A model generated the notes under the pieces. It did not search any database. It was not told where the DNA came from and saw only the letters and a list, made by a program, of their open reading frames with translations. The position numbers and the translations under genes are program-made. Below are positions 50,867 to 60,957 of a stretch of DNA of 64,000 nt, in pieces. Every line of letters begins with the position of its first letter. The first letter of the stretch is position 1. Origin of the DNA: Tengunoibacter tsumagoiensis (GTDB lineage Bacteria > Chloroflexota > Ktedonobacteria > Ktedonobacterales > Ktedonobacteraceae); the NCBI RefSeq assembly GCF_003967535.1, contig NZ_BIFR01000001.1, positions 113,493-177,492 on the forward strand, read 5' to 3'.

Positions 50867-51370
50867 TCTTCCTTTCTCAATCTTCTTTCTCAATCTCCTT
50901 TCTCAAATCGTCTTTTAATATCTGCTCACAAACGTAGTCTTATTAGTAGATAGGCGCTGGCTGCAACGAAGCAGGCTGTTTATAATTCACAATGGAGCAG
51001 AAAGCTTTCAGATGAGAAGAAGTCTGATCTTGTCCAGGCAAGGATGGACGCGCCCATCTTTGCCTGGACAAGACCATAGTTAAGAAGAAGAGAGGAAACC
51101 ATTGAGAGGAGAAAAGACCCTCCAACGTAGGAATAAGTGCAGAGCTAGCACATTTCGGCTAAAGGGGTTTTGAATGATCCAGAACCTTGTTATACTACGA
51201 GAGAGTAAGAACCGTCCCAGTCCAGGGTATTCCAGCGCCGGAATAAAGCGTGGCTGGTTCCGTGTTTCCTCTTATAGAACGAAGAATGGTATGTACCTTT
51301 TGTACATGCGCATCGACATCTGATTTTCTCCTCCTCATGCCGTCTCTGAGCTGAGCGGTGCGGTATCCGC

Positions 51371-51398
51371 TTGACAGTCATGCTTTGCTATTTATAAT
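51371..51398 (+). promoter_or_regulatory. Consensus sigma-70-type promoter upstream of rel
   Basis: TTGACA, a 16-nt spacer, then TATAAT. A short GGGTAG/CTACCC hairpin plus T7 sits at 51423-51450, before the rel start at 51521. Confidence 0.45.
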
Positions 51399-51520
51399 AG
51401 AGAAGTAACATTTGTTTTGCCGGGGTAGAGTCTACCCTGTCACTTTTTTTATGGAGACCGTCAGGAGAACTGTTCAGGTGCAAAGCAGATGCTACAGCAT
51501 GTAGGCAATGGGGATAAAGA

Positions 51521-54031
51521 ATGGCTACCAATTATGAAAAGGCCGTTGATAAGTCACGCTCCAATAAGCCACTGACAAAGACAACGACTACTCTCGGGGC
51601 AACTCTGGCTCCTTCGCAAATGACGCTCGAAGACTTATTAACCGAGACGAGCATGTATCTAACTCCACAGGATATGGAGAACATTCGTCATGCCTACAAC
51701 CTGGCTAACCAGGCTCATAATGGAGCGGTGCGCAAATCGGGCGAGCCATACATTCAACATCCTCTGGAGGTTGCCCATCTCCTGGCTGTCATGCGCATAG
51801 ATTCCGATGGGATTGTGGCTGCTCTCCTCCATGATGTGGTCGAAGATACTCATTTTTCCCTGGAAGATCTCAATGAGCTCTTTGGTCCCTCTGTTGCCCA
51901 TATTGTGGATGGCGTGACCAAATTTGATGCGCTCGCTAGCAAGCCCGCTACACCAACTGAGGCCGATGTGCTTGCCGATGTGTCTGGTCTGGATAGTCCG
52001 TCTCCCACTTCTGCTCTCGATCACGCTGCCACTTCTTCGCCTGACCATTCTTCTGCTGCCACGCCCGATCATACGCACTATACTCCACCTTCTCTCGTCG
52101 ATAAACGCCGTCAACGAAGCGAAACGGTGCGCAAGATGCTGGTGGCGATGGCCGAAGATCCACGTGTGGTGGTACTGAAGTTGGCCGATCGACTGCACAA
52201 TATGCGCACCCTCAGTGCTATGTCACCCGCCCAACAACAGAATAAATCTCGTGAGACCAGCGAGATCTATGCTCCCCTGGCCCGGCGCCTGGGCATGGCG
52301 CTTGTACAGGCCGATCTGGAAGATCTGGCCTTCGCCTATCTCGAGCCCGATAAATATAATCGCCTCGCTCACCTGGTTGAAGAAGAGGTGAAACGCAGGC
52401 AGCCGTTTGTCGATGAGGTCTGCCGTACCCTACAAGAAGAGATGCAGCGCGCTGGCCTGAAATCAGAGGTGATTGCGTGGCAAAAACACCTGGCAAGCAT
52501 TAATCGTAAATTAGAAGATGTGTTGCTTCAGGATGGCAGTGAGCTTAGCCGCATTCATGACCTTGTCTCTTTCCGCATCCTTGTAGATACCGATTATGAA
52601 TGTTATCTGGCTCTTGGTCATATTCACGCTCTCTGGCGGCCCAAGGATGGCCGCATCAAAGACTTTATCGCTACTCCTAAGCTCAATGGCTACCAATCTC
52701 TCCATACGACGGTCTTCTGCCTCCAAAATCGTCTGGCTGAGATTCAGATTCGCACACACAATATGCAGCGAACAGCTGACTATGGGCTGGCCAGCTATTG
52801 GTACCTGAAAGATCGTTTGGGGAAGGATAACGAAGACACACGAGAAAAAGAGAAGGGCGACCGCAGCTGGCGGCTCTCCTATCGCGAAATGGTGACATGG
52901 ATCGAGCAGCTACGCGAATGGCAGAGCGCTATGCCACAAAGCGCAGATGAGTTTGTTGAAGCGGTCAAAGGGGATATCTTCCAGGAGCAGATCTTTGTCT
53001 TTACTCCCAAAGGCGATGTCAAAGATCTTCCTCGCGGCTCGACTCCTCTCGATATGGCTTATCGTATTCATACCGATATCGGCGATCACTGCGCAGGTGC
53101 GCGCATTATCACGAATACAGAAGATACCGGACGCCTGGTAACACGTCTCGTTCCCCTGGACTATGAGCTCAAAGGGGGCGAGATCGTTGATATTATGACC
53201 AATCGAACGGTTCATCCTACCCACGATTGGCTCTCATTTGCCCGGACGGCTGCAGCAAGGAATAAGATTCGTCGCTATCTTAAGACGTATGAACGTGAGA
53301 TCGATCTTCAGCTTGGCCGTGAACGGCTTGATATGGCCCTGAAGACCTCAGGGCTCACTGGCATTAACGATGAGATTGGTGAGCTCCTCCAGAATCTTTG
53401 TACAGAGGGTCCAGAGGCTCAAGCTACCTTTAAAAAGTATGCCACAAGGGATGATGTCTATATCGCGCTGGGACGCGAAGACCTTTCGATTACTGATCTC
53501 TTAGAGCATCTTCTTCCTTTACTGCCAGGATGCGATAACGATGCACTTGCCAACAATGAGGCCGGACTCTACCAACAGAAAGAGGGCGAAAATCATCGCC
53601 TGATCTCACTGGCTGAGTGTTGCTGCCCCATACCAGGTGATACCATTGTAGGACAGCTTATGCCTGGCAAGGGTATGGTCATCCATCGCAGCGATTGTAC
53701 TGAATTAGCCAATCAGGGCGAGAATGGTACTGGCATGATTGAGGTGAACTGGCTTCAGCTTCATCCTGATCACTATCAAGTTCTTCTCTCGATCGTCGCA
53801 CATGATCGTTCCGGACTCTTACGAGATGTCGCAGCCATTGTCGCTGACGCCAATATCAATATGACTGCAGTCGCCTCAAAGACCAATACGTCTTTACATA
53901 AAGCCGTCATCGTTGTGACACTAGAGATCGCCAATGAAGGCAGTATGATCCTCGATCAGATCGAACGCATCCAACGACGCCTCCGCCAGGTGAAAAATGT
54001 GGTAAGCGTGGAGCGCGCTCTTACCAGATAA
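51521..54031 (+). CDS. rel: Bifunctional (p)ppGpp synthetase/hydrolase (Rel/SpoT homologue) with low-complexity insert
   Basis: Intact HD motif (HDVVEDT). Synthetase motifs (DLVSFRILV, YQSLHTTV), TGS and ACT domains. A Ser/Pro/Thr-rich insert of about 60 aa lies between the hydrolase and synthetase domains. Confidence 0.9.
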   Translation: MATNYEKAVDKSRSNKPLTKTTTTLGATLAPSQMTLEDLLTETSMYLTPQDMENIRHAYNLANQAHNGAVRKSGEPYIQHPLEVAHLLAVMRIDSDGIVAALLHDVVEDTHFSLEDLNELFGPSVAHIVDGVTKFDALASKPATPTEADVLADVSGLDSPSPTSALDHAATSSPDHSSAATPDHTHYTPPSLVDKRRQRSETVRKMLVAMAEDPRVVVLKLADRLHNMRTLSAMSPAQQQNKSRETSEIYAPLARRLGMALVQADLEDLAFAYLEPDKYNRLAHLVEEEVKRRQPFVDEVCRTLQEEMQRAGLKSEVIAWQKHLASINRKLEDVLLQDGSELSRIHDLVSFRILVDTDYECYLALGHIHALWRPKDGRIKDFIATPKLNGYQSLHTTVFCLQNRLAEIQIRTHNMQRTADYGLASYWYLKDRLGKDNEDTREKEKGDRSWRLSYREMVTWIEQLREWQSAMPQSADEFVEAVKGDIFQEQIFVFTPKGDVKDLPRGSTPLDMAYRIHTDIGDHCAGARIITNTEDTGRLVTRLVPLDYELKGGEIVDIMTNRTVHPTHDWLSFARTAAARNKIRRYLKTYEREIDLQLGRERLDMALKTSGLTGINDEIGELLQNLCTEGPEAQATFKKYATRDDVYIALGREDLSITDLLEHLLPLLPGCDNDALANNEAGLYQQKEGENHRLISLAECCCPIPGDTIVGQLMPGKGMVIHRSDCTELANQGENGTGMIEVNWLQLHPDHYQVLLSIVAHDRSGLLRDVAAIVADANINMTAVASKTNTSLHKAVIVVTLEIANEGSMILDQIERIQRRLRQVKNVVSVERALTR

Positions 54032-54667
54032 CATAAGGCTAGAAATCAAGCTCCTCAGGCGAATGATACTCTCTTCTCTATGCATGAGGACACTTACGCA
54101 TAGAGAGAGCTCATTCGCCTTTTGTATAGCCCATCAGGCTATTTTGATCTGGCACAATCCAACAAGATACGGTATGCTTCGTATAGATTCTGTAACATTT
54201 TCCAGAGACTCTCTCTCTCTTACTGGTAGGATTTAACGATTGCTTGCTTCTGCGACACAAATTTGAGAAAGATTTGATCTCTTTTTAATATCCTTATGGT
54301 AAGACTAAGATAGCCTCCAGAAAGTCTTGATCACACATTTGAGAGGACATTGTAAGGCTCTTCGTATAGGATTGAGTGCTAAACTAAGAAAGCAGAGTGC
54401 GTTCACCTGCCAGACACCGGGGTGGTTGGAAGCAAGATGATGGTGCATGACCCTCAAAGGGAACGATATCTTGAACATGAACGTACGGAATAGTACAGGG
54501 AATCTGTCTGTTGGATACTGTGAGTGATCAAAACAGGGAGTGATGGCGTGGGGAGAGGAGGACATGGCTATTGTTCAAGTATAGGCGTTTGATAGAGTGG
54601 ATATTTGTGTAGATAGACACAGAGAGTGGCTCCTATTCAGGATATCCAGAATATGCATAGATGAGTC

Positions 54668-57136
54668 ATGATAAATAGGTCTGTAGAACAACAGTATGTA
54701 GAGCATGCTTGCCCAGATGTAATGAACCAGGTGCTAGAGCTGGTGCGCCCTTATATGGTGCCCGGTGAGATCGAGCAAGTGGTCAAAGCATGCCATCTGG
54801 CGCTAGAGACCTGTGAAGGGGTCCCTGGAACGGCCAATCGGCCTATTCCACCCCTGGAACATGCTCTGGCGGTAACAACTATTCTGGCCCAGATGATGCA
54901 TGTTGATGCCGTTGGGATTACAGCCGCTCTCGTGTTTGAAGCGGTCGATGCAGAGCTCTTACTGATTGAACAGGTGGAGCATGTCTTAGGTGCTCCTACC
55001 GCCCGCATTGTCGGTAGCATGCTGCGCTTAAATATTCTCGAGCGCAAAAAGCAGAATGTGGCAACTGGTGCGATGCTCTCTATCCAGAGCCCCTCACCCA
55101 CAACTACCAAAAAAATTCATGATGAACATTCTCTTGCTCCCGTTCCTCTTGAGAGCAAAAAACCTCGTGTTCGTGAGGCCCTCAGACGCCAACAGGCTGA
55201 AGCCGTCCGCAAGATGTTTGTGGCAATGGCCGATGATCCTCGTGTGGTTCTGCTCAAACTTGCCTATCGCCTGCATGCTATGCGCCGCCTCTGCGTTGAG
55301 CCCCAACCTGCTCCTTCACCAGAGGTTCTAACGATGGCCGAGGAGACTCAGGAGATTTATGCTCCTCTCGCAGGCCGTCTGGGCATGTCTCGCGTTGAAA
55401 GCGAGCTCCAGGATCTCTCGTTCCAGGTGATGGAGCCCGATAAATATAGCTGGGTCCGCAATATCGTCGAGATGGAGAGCAAACAGTGGCGGTCGTATGT
55501 TGACCGTGTCTGCGAGATTCTTCGCCAGGAGATGGCAACTATCGGCGTAAAGGCTGAGGTCTCTGGCCGCGTTAAACACGCCTATAGCTTCTATAAGAAG
55601 ATTATGCGGAGCGCTGGCGATCTGGAAGATTTTGAGGCGGTGAAAAAGGCTGCCGATATCAGTCAGATTCACGATCTGATTGCCTTCCGCATTCTGGTCG
55701 ATACGACGACGGACTGCTATGTCACGCTGGGCCATATCCACGCTCTCTGGCGACCCAAGGATGGCCGCATTAAAGACTTTATCGCCAATCCCAAGCCAAA
55801 TGGCTATAGTGCTTTACATACAACTGTCTTCTGCATGGATGATCAACTGGTAGAGATCCAGATTCGCACCCATGAGATGCACGAGATGGCTGAGTATGGC
55901 GTCGCGATGCACTGGCATTACAAGGATGTCGGGGATCAAGCCTCGGCCTCTGCTAAAGAGCTGCTTACCTGGCTGCGCCAATTGGCCGAATGGCAGCAGG
56001 AATTGCGCACCTCTAATACCAGTGATACCGATTTTGTTGAAGCCATCAAGGATGATATCTTTCAAGAACAGATCTTTGTCTTTACACCCAAAGGCGAGGT
56101 CAAAGATCTGCCGGTCGGTTCAACGCCTTTAGATTTTGCTTACCGTGTCCATTCCGAGGTCGGCGATAAATGTGCTGGTGCTCGCATTATCTCTGAGTCT
56201 GAACATGGTGAAGGCGATCGACTGGTCACACGTATGGTCCCGCTGGATTATGAGCTGAAGAGTGGTGAGGTGGTGGATATTGTTACCAGCCGCAATGCTC
56301 ACCCAACCCGCGATTGGCTCAATTTTGCTCGTACTGCGGCTGCACGCAATAAGATTCGCCGCTATCTCAAGATTCATGAGCGACCGATCAATATCCAGAT
56401 TGGTCGTGATCGACTGGATCGCGAGCTCAAATCGATTACCGAGCGCACGCAAGAGGTAATTAGTGAGGATCTTCAGAACTGGCTGTGTGAGAAACTAAAC
56501 TTTGCTAGCTATGAGGATATCCTGGCGGCTATTGGCTCTGATGATCTGCGACCACGCCTGGTAGTCGTCAAGCTTGTCGAATACTGGGAGAAACGAGACA
56601 ATAAAGAAGAGGTTGTTGAGGCCAATGAGCCTTTAGTGCTCTCTCCTTCTGCAGCAAAGCCTGCTACTGCGCAGATGATGGTGGCCGGGGTAAGTGGTCT
56701 GTTAACCCGCTTAGCAAACTGCTGCTGCCCGTTGCCCGAGGATCCGATTGTTGGCTTTGTCAGTCGTGGCAAAGGCGTCATTGTCCATCGAGCCGACTGC
56801 CGCAATCTGACCAACTACCGCGAACGTGCACAGGAGCGTTTGATTAATGTTAGCTGGCAAGGAATGAGCCAGCCGCGCTACTCAGCCCCTGTGATCATTA
56901 CGGCTCGCGATCGCAACGGCATGATGAGGGATCTCGCTTCGGTTATCTCTGATGCGGGCGCAAATCTGATGTCTGTCAATTTCCGCTCAGATGGCAATGG
57001 CGAGACGGTGCTGGTGAATGCCACAATTGAGGTTGAGAATCTGACCCAATTGCAATGGCTGTTCACACGTCTGGCACGAATCAAGGATGTTCTCCATGTA
57101 GAGCGCGATCTAGGAAAACAGAAAAACACGTTGTAG
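54668..57136 (+). CDS. relA: RelA/SpoT homologue with degenerate hydrolase (HD) domain (RelA-like)
   Basis: Synthetase motifs are conserved (DLIAFRILV, YSALHTTV, IQIRTHEMH). The N-terminal region lacks the His-Asp dyad. TGS and ACT domains are present. Confidence 0.85.
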   Translation: MINRSVEQQYVEHACPDVMNQVLELVRPYMVPGEIEQVVKACHLALETCEGVPGTANRPIPPLEHALAVTTILAQMMHVDAVGITAALVFEAVDAELLLIEQVEHVLGAPTARIVGSMLRLNILERKKQNVATGAMLSIQSPSPTTTKKIHDEHSLAPVPLESKKPRVREALRRQQAEAVRKMFVAMADDPRVVLLKLAYRLHAMRRLCVEPQPAPSPEVLTMAEETQEIYAPLAGRLGMSRVESELQDLSFQVMEPDKYSWVRNIVEMESKQWRSYVDRVCEILRQEMATIGVKAEVSGRVKHAYSFYKKIMRSAGDLEDFEAVKKAADISQIHDLIAFRILVDTTTDCYVTLGHIHALWRPKDGRIKDFIANPKPNGYSALHTTVFCMDDQLVEIQIRTHEMHEMAEYGVAMHWHYKDVGDQASASAKELLTWLRQLAEWQQELRTSNTSDTDFVEAIKDDIFQEQIFVFTPKGEVKDLPVGSTPLDFAYRVHSEVGDKCAGARIISESEHGEGDRLVTRMVPLDYELKSGEVVDIVTSRNAHPTRDWLNFARTAAARNKIRRYLKIHERPINIQIGRDRLDRELKSITERTQEVISEDLQNWLCEKLNFASYEDILAAIGSDDLRPRLVVVKLVEYWEKRDNKEEVVEANEPLVLSPSAAKPATAQMMVAGVSGLLTRLANCCCPLPEDPIVGFVSRGKGVIVHRADCRNLTNYRERAQERLINVSWQGMSQPRYSAPVIITARDRNGMMRDLASVISDAGANLMSVNFRSDGNGETVLVNATIEVENLTQLQWLFTRLARIKDVLHVERDLGKQKNTL

Positions 57137-57146
57137 GCATGCTCCA

Positions 57147-58631
57147 CAAACATAAGTCATCCCGAATTTTGAACGGATGAGCATGCAAAGGAAAACCCTT
57201 CTCAGATACACTGGATGTAGAAACAAACACCAGTTACTAGAAGGGTTTTTCACATGCATTCTCAGTATTCCACAAATGAGCCCGAAACGCAAACGTCGTC
57301 CCAAATGGCAGAGCAGATCCAGAACCACTTAGCCCTTTTTTTAGCGCCCTTTCTCGTCATATTGAATCAGCATCTTGACAAGCGTTTCGTCCAAACCTGC
57401 GCTCAACTGGTAGAAGTGATTATCACCTTCCGTGATCGTTGTCATGCCTTACTTCTCAGTGAGTTAGGTGCCTATCTTGATTCTCCTGCTCACGCTCCTG
57501 CAGGGACAAAACGCATAAGTAACTTGTTACGTTCTCCCAAATGGGATTCATCCCTTCTTGAACGCTTTTTTTGGGACCGCGCCACGCTGTTTGTGAATCA
57601 GGTGAAGGAAAAAGATGAAGATGTTCTTGGTATCTGGGATGAAAGTGTGTTGGAAAAAGCAGAAAGTATCGCCCTTGAAGGATTATGTCCTGTCCGTTCG
57701 AGTAAATCGAGACGGCTCAATCGCATCAAGAAAGGATACTACCGCCCTCCTTCTGCTCCAACGTTTGTCCCAGGAATGCATTGGATTGCGATCTTGCTTT
57801 GTGGGCGGCAAGGTCCTCCTTTGTTAGCTCATATGCGGTGGTGGACCTCACGCGGGAAATATGCAAGCAACGCACGACAAGAAGAACTTTGGTTGCTTCA
57901 ACGGTGTATGCATCTCTGGGGAGCAAACGTGCTTCATATCTTTGATCGTGGCTATGCTGGTGGTCTTTGGGTGACAGAGTGTTTAGAACTCCATCTTCGT
58001 TTTATCTTGCGTTGGACGAAAGATTATCAGCTCTTTGAGCACGGTCATCTGAAGAAAAAAGCGTGGATGATTGCACGAGGAAAAAAATCCTGGTCACAAC
58101 GACACGTGTGGGATGCGCGAACAAACTGCTGGTTTCAAGCGGGAGTGGTCGCTCTTCCTGTGCAGCATCCTGAAGCTCATCACCCATTGTGGCTTGTTGT
58201 CTCGCGCCCAGGCAAGGGCCGCCCACCCTGGTACTTGCTGACCAATGAAGAGATTACGACGGAAGAGGATGCATGGCGAGTTGTTTTTGCCTATGCTCGA
58301 CGGTGGCAAATTGAAATGGCATGGAGGTACAACAAAAGCGAGTTCGGTTTTGAATGCCCCCGGCTGTGGAGTTGGGAAAATCGGGTGAAGCTTCTTTTGA
58401 TAGCGACACTTGCGTATGCCTTTTTATTGACTCTTCTGGATGATAAATACACGTGTTGGCGAGAATGGCTTCTCACCACATGGTGTCATCGGACAGGCAA
58501 AAAGTGCCGTGAAGCCACGGCACCCTTATATCGTTTACGAACGGCACTCAGCCGTTTATGGTTAGCCTTCCCGCCTCCTTTGATGGGCTTGTTACAAACT
58601 CATCTTGAAAATTCGGGATGACTTATGTTTG
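57147..58631 (+). mobile_element. IS4-superfamily insertion sequence (about 1.49 kb)
   Basis: 27-bp terminal inverted repeats with one mismatch: CAAACATAAGTCATCCCGAATTTTGAA at 57147-57173, and its reverse complement at 58605-58631. A single DDE transposase ORF lies between them. Confidence 0.8.
57254..58621 (+). CDS. IS4-family DDE transposase
   Basis: DDE residues (IWDES, HIFDRGYAG, RRWQIEMAWRYNK). Y-x2-R-x3-E-x6-K (YREK) signature. Confidence 0.85.
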   Translation: MHSQYSTNEPETQTSSQMAEQIQNHLALFLAPFLVILNQHLDKRFVQTCAQLVEVIITFRDRCHALLLSELGAYLDSPAHAPAGTKRISNLLRSPKWDSSLLERFFWDRATLFVNQVKEKDEDVLGIWDESVLEKAESIALEGLCPVRSSKSRRLNRIKKGYYRPPSAPTFVPGMHWIAILLCGRQGPPLLAHMRWWTSRGKYASNARQEELWLLQRCMHLWGANVLHIFDRGYAGGLWVTECLELHLRFILRWTKDYQLFEHGHLKKKAWMIARGKKSWSQRHVWDARTNCWFQAGVVALPVQHPEAHHPLWLVVSRPGKGRPPWYLLTNEEITTEEDAWRVVFAYARRWQIEMAWRYNKSEFGFECPRLWSWENRVKLLLIATLAYAFLLTLLDDKYTCWREWLLTTWCHRTGKKCREATAPLYRLRTALSRLWLAFPPPLMGLLQTHLENSG

Positions 58632-58667
58632 TCTTGTCTTCTGTTCGCAGCGATGGGCAGGGCGGGT

Positions 58668-59900
58668 TTAGCCGCGCAGACGTTCAAGCACAGGTGGTTG
58701 ACGTAACTTTGCCAGTGCACCGGCTTCAATCTGTCGAACACGTTCGCGTGTAATCCCCAGTTCACGACCGACCTGCTCTAAGGGATGAGCCTGGCCATTG
58801 CCAAGCCCAAAACGAAGTTGCAGGACAAGCTGTTCACGAGGAGTAAGCACCGACTCTAACACGCGCTGTACCTCATCCTTCAAAGTCTGGGTGGTTGCCA
58901 GCTCTTCAGGGGAGGCTGATTCTGTGTCGGCCAGGACATCGCCTAATTCCTGTTCTTCATCCTCGCCAACTGGAAGCTCAAGCGAGACAGGAGCGCCAGG
59001 AGCCGATTGAAGCTCAACCATGCGAATGGGGTCCAGGCCAGTAGCTTCAGCCAATTCCTGCTCCGTAGGTTCGCGCCCAAGCTCCTGCAAGAGACGCTGA
59101 CGCTCACGGCGAATGCGATTTAAGGCAGTATTCACATAAACGGGGAGACGGATCGTGCGACCTTTATCGGCAACGGCGCGGCTGATGGCCTGACGAATCC
59201 ACCAGGTCGCATGAGTAGAGAAGCGATGACCACGCCGCCAGTCATAGCGTTGAACGGCGCGAATCAAGCCAATATTACCCTCTTGGATCAGATCCAGCAA
59301 AGTTAACCCACGACCAACATAGCGCTTGGCAATGCTTACGACGAGGCGCAGATTCGCAAGAATAAACTGCTTCATCGCATCACGATCGCCCGCCTCAATG
59401 CCTTTCGCCAGTTCGATCTCGCGCTCATGGGTAATCATGGGCACGCGTCCAATCTCACGAAGGTATGTCATCACCGCATCGGACTCTCCTGCGTCAGCAG
59501 CATTAACGGAGTTTTCGTCCTGGTCCTCCGAGCGGCGGCGGCGCATGGGTGCTGTACGGCGAGCAGCATGATCAACCTCATTAGAGATCGTGGGGAGGGT
59601 AAGAATGGAATCCACTTCTAGGTCGGCAGGATGAGGTGTATCTTCATGAACCTCAGTAATATCTTCGATCTCAAGCGGACCTGTCTCCAGGTCGAGAGGA
59701 CCCGTCTCAAGCGAGTTAAGATCCTCGTCTAGCTCAGGTTCGTCTTCACTATCGCCTGCCTTGTTATCATCATCAGATGTATAATCAAGATCTTTTGCAA
59801 GAAGCTGCTCAACGATGTCGAACTGTTTCGCAAGATCTGGTGTTTCAGTTTTATGTAACGTAAGCGTTGTTCCCGTCATGGCACGCTTGCTGTCTATCAT
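58668..59900 (-). CDS. rpoD: Primary RNA polymerase sigma factor
   Basis: DLIQEGNIGLIRAVQRYDWRRGHRFSTHATWWIRQAI (region 2) and region 4 HTH. Acidic N-terminal region 1. Confidence 0.9.
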   Translation of the reverse strand: MIDSKRAMTGTTLTLHKTETPDLAKQFDIVEQLLAKDLDYTSDDDNKAGDSEDEPELDEDLNSLETGPLDLETGPLEIEDITEVHEDTPHPADLEVDSILTLPTISNEVDHAARRTAPMRRRRSEDQDENSVNAADAGESDAVMTYLREIGRVPMITHEREIELAKGIEAGDRDAMKQFILANLRLVVSIAKRYVGRGLTLLDLIQEGNIGLIRAVQRYDWRRGHRFSTHATWWIRQAISRAVADKGRTIRLPVYVNTALNRIRRERQRLLQELGREPTEQELAEATGLDPIRMVELQSAPGAPVSLELPVGEDEEQELGDVLADTESASPEELATTQTLKDEVQRVLESVLTPREQLVLQLRFGLGNGQAHPLEQVGRELGITRERVRQIEAGALAKLRQPPVLERLRG

Positions 59901-60225
59901 TGTGCGCCCTCCATGAAAAGTAGTATATCCTAAGCAGCAAGATATAAGTTGTCAGTCCGGTCCTACACTCAGGGAAAGCGAGCCTTCGACGGACCTTTCT
60001 GTCCGAGCGCCGAGAGTGGAAGGAATTCAGTGCTGTGGTCTTTAAAAATGTTCTTATGAAAGAGAACATTGGCACAGCAGAATTTATTCCTGATCCAACC
60101 TACTTCAATTATAACGCAAGTCCCCCTTTCATTCTAGCCCCTACGCCGTTTTTTTGGCGCAGTTTCTATGGGAAACCGGTAACCTGGGTGTAATCTATCT
60201 CTTACTTTATACGTTTGGACCGCAG

Positions 60226-60957
60226 TTAAAGTGGCAAAGAATCTAACCTTTTTTGTAACATCTCGGTTGGTGCCTCTTTTTTGCCTTTTAGCCTTGTGAG
60301 ATTCCGACTTTCTCGTTGTCTTCCTGCCTCGGTTGCCCTACGTCTTCTGGCCCCTATCACTAATTTGTATAGCTGAAATGCCAGATAAAAAGTAATCGAT
60401 GTGAGCAACGCAAATCCGGATATTGTTGTCAGGAGATCACCAATCGCCTCCCAACTCTCTCCAAATACAAAACCAAGCGATAATGGCAGCAGCGCACTAA
60501 TACATTCTCCACACGTATCGTAAATAAGGAAACGGCGATAGGGATAACTTTCAGCGCCTGCTAATAGATTGATGGAACCGCCTAAAGCGGGTACGAGAAA
60601 GCGACTTAAAAAGACCGCAATTCCCCCACTCCGTTGAAAATAGTCTTGCGAGCGTCGAATCACTTGTGGTGAGAAGAGACCAAAACGCTTCTTCTCTCCT
60701 AACCAATTCAAAACCACACGACCAAAACGATACCCCAGAAGATACCCAACACTATCTCCTGCGATTAATGCACTAAGCGCGATGACAATGAGCAGTGGAA
60801 AGTTAAAATCTCCAAGCGCGGAAAAAGCGCCTGCTGCAAGCAGAACCAGACTTATCGGCAATGGTAGTCCAATGGCTGCCACAAATATTGTCATCCAGAG
60901 GGCCGGATAGCCATAGAGTTGCAGCCAGTTTAAGAGCCACGGAAGGAGGATATTCAC
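60226..60957 (-). CDS. DedA/TVP38 (VTT-domain) membrane protein
   Basis: ALWMTIFVAAIGLPLP...AGDSVGYLLGYRFG motif. Confidence 0.8.
   Translation of the reverse strand: MNILLPWLLNWLQLYGYPALWMTIFVAAIGLPLPISLVLLAAGAFSALGDFNFPLLIVIALSALIAGDSVGYLLGYRFGRVVLNWLGEKKRFGLFSPQVIRRSQDYFQRSGGIAVFLSRFLVPALGGSINLLAGAESYPYRRFLIYDTCGECISALLPLSLGFVFGESWEAIGDLLTTISGFALLTSITFYLAFQLYKLVIGARRRRATEAGRQRESRNLTRLKGKKEAPTEMLQKRLDSLPL

Noticed and set aside
54305-54565. 86 aa minus-strand ORF in the intergenic region between the two Rel paralogs
   Set aside because: No RBS, atypical composition, and located in an AT-rich promoter region.
51659-57110. Numerous antisense and alternative-frame ORFs of 60-180 aa inside the two Rel genes, rpoD, the beta-mannosidase and the kinase
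   Set aside because: All are embedded in longer ORFs with clear homology on the other frame or strand. They are typical GC-rich shadow ORFs.
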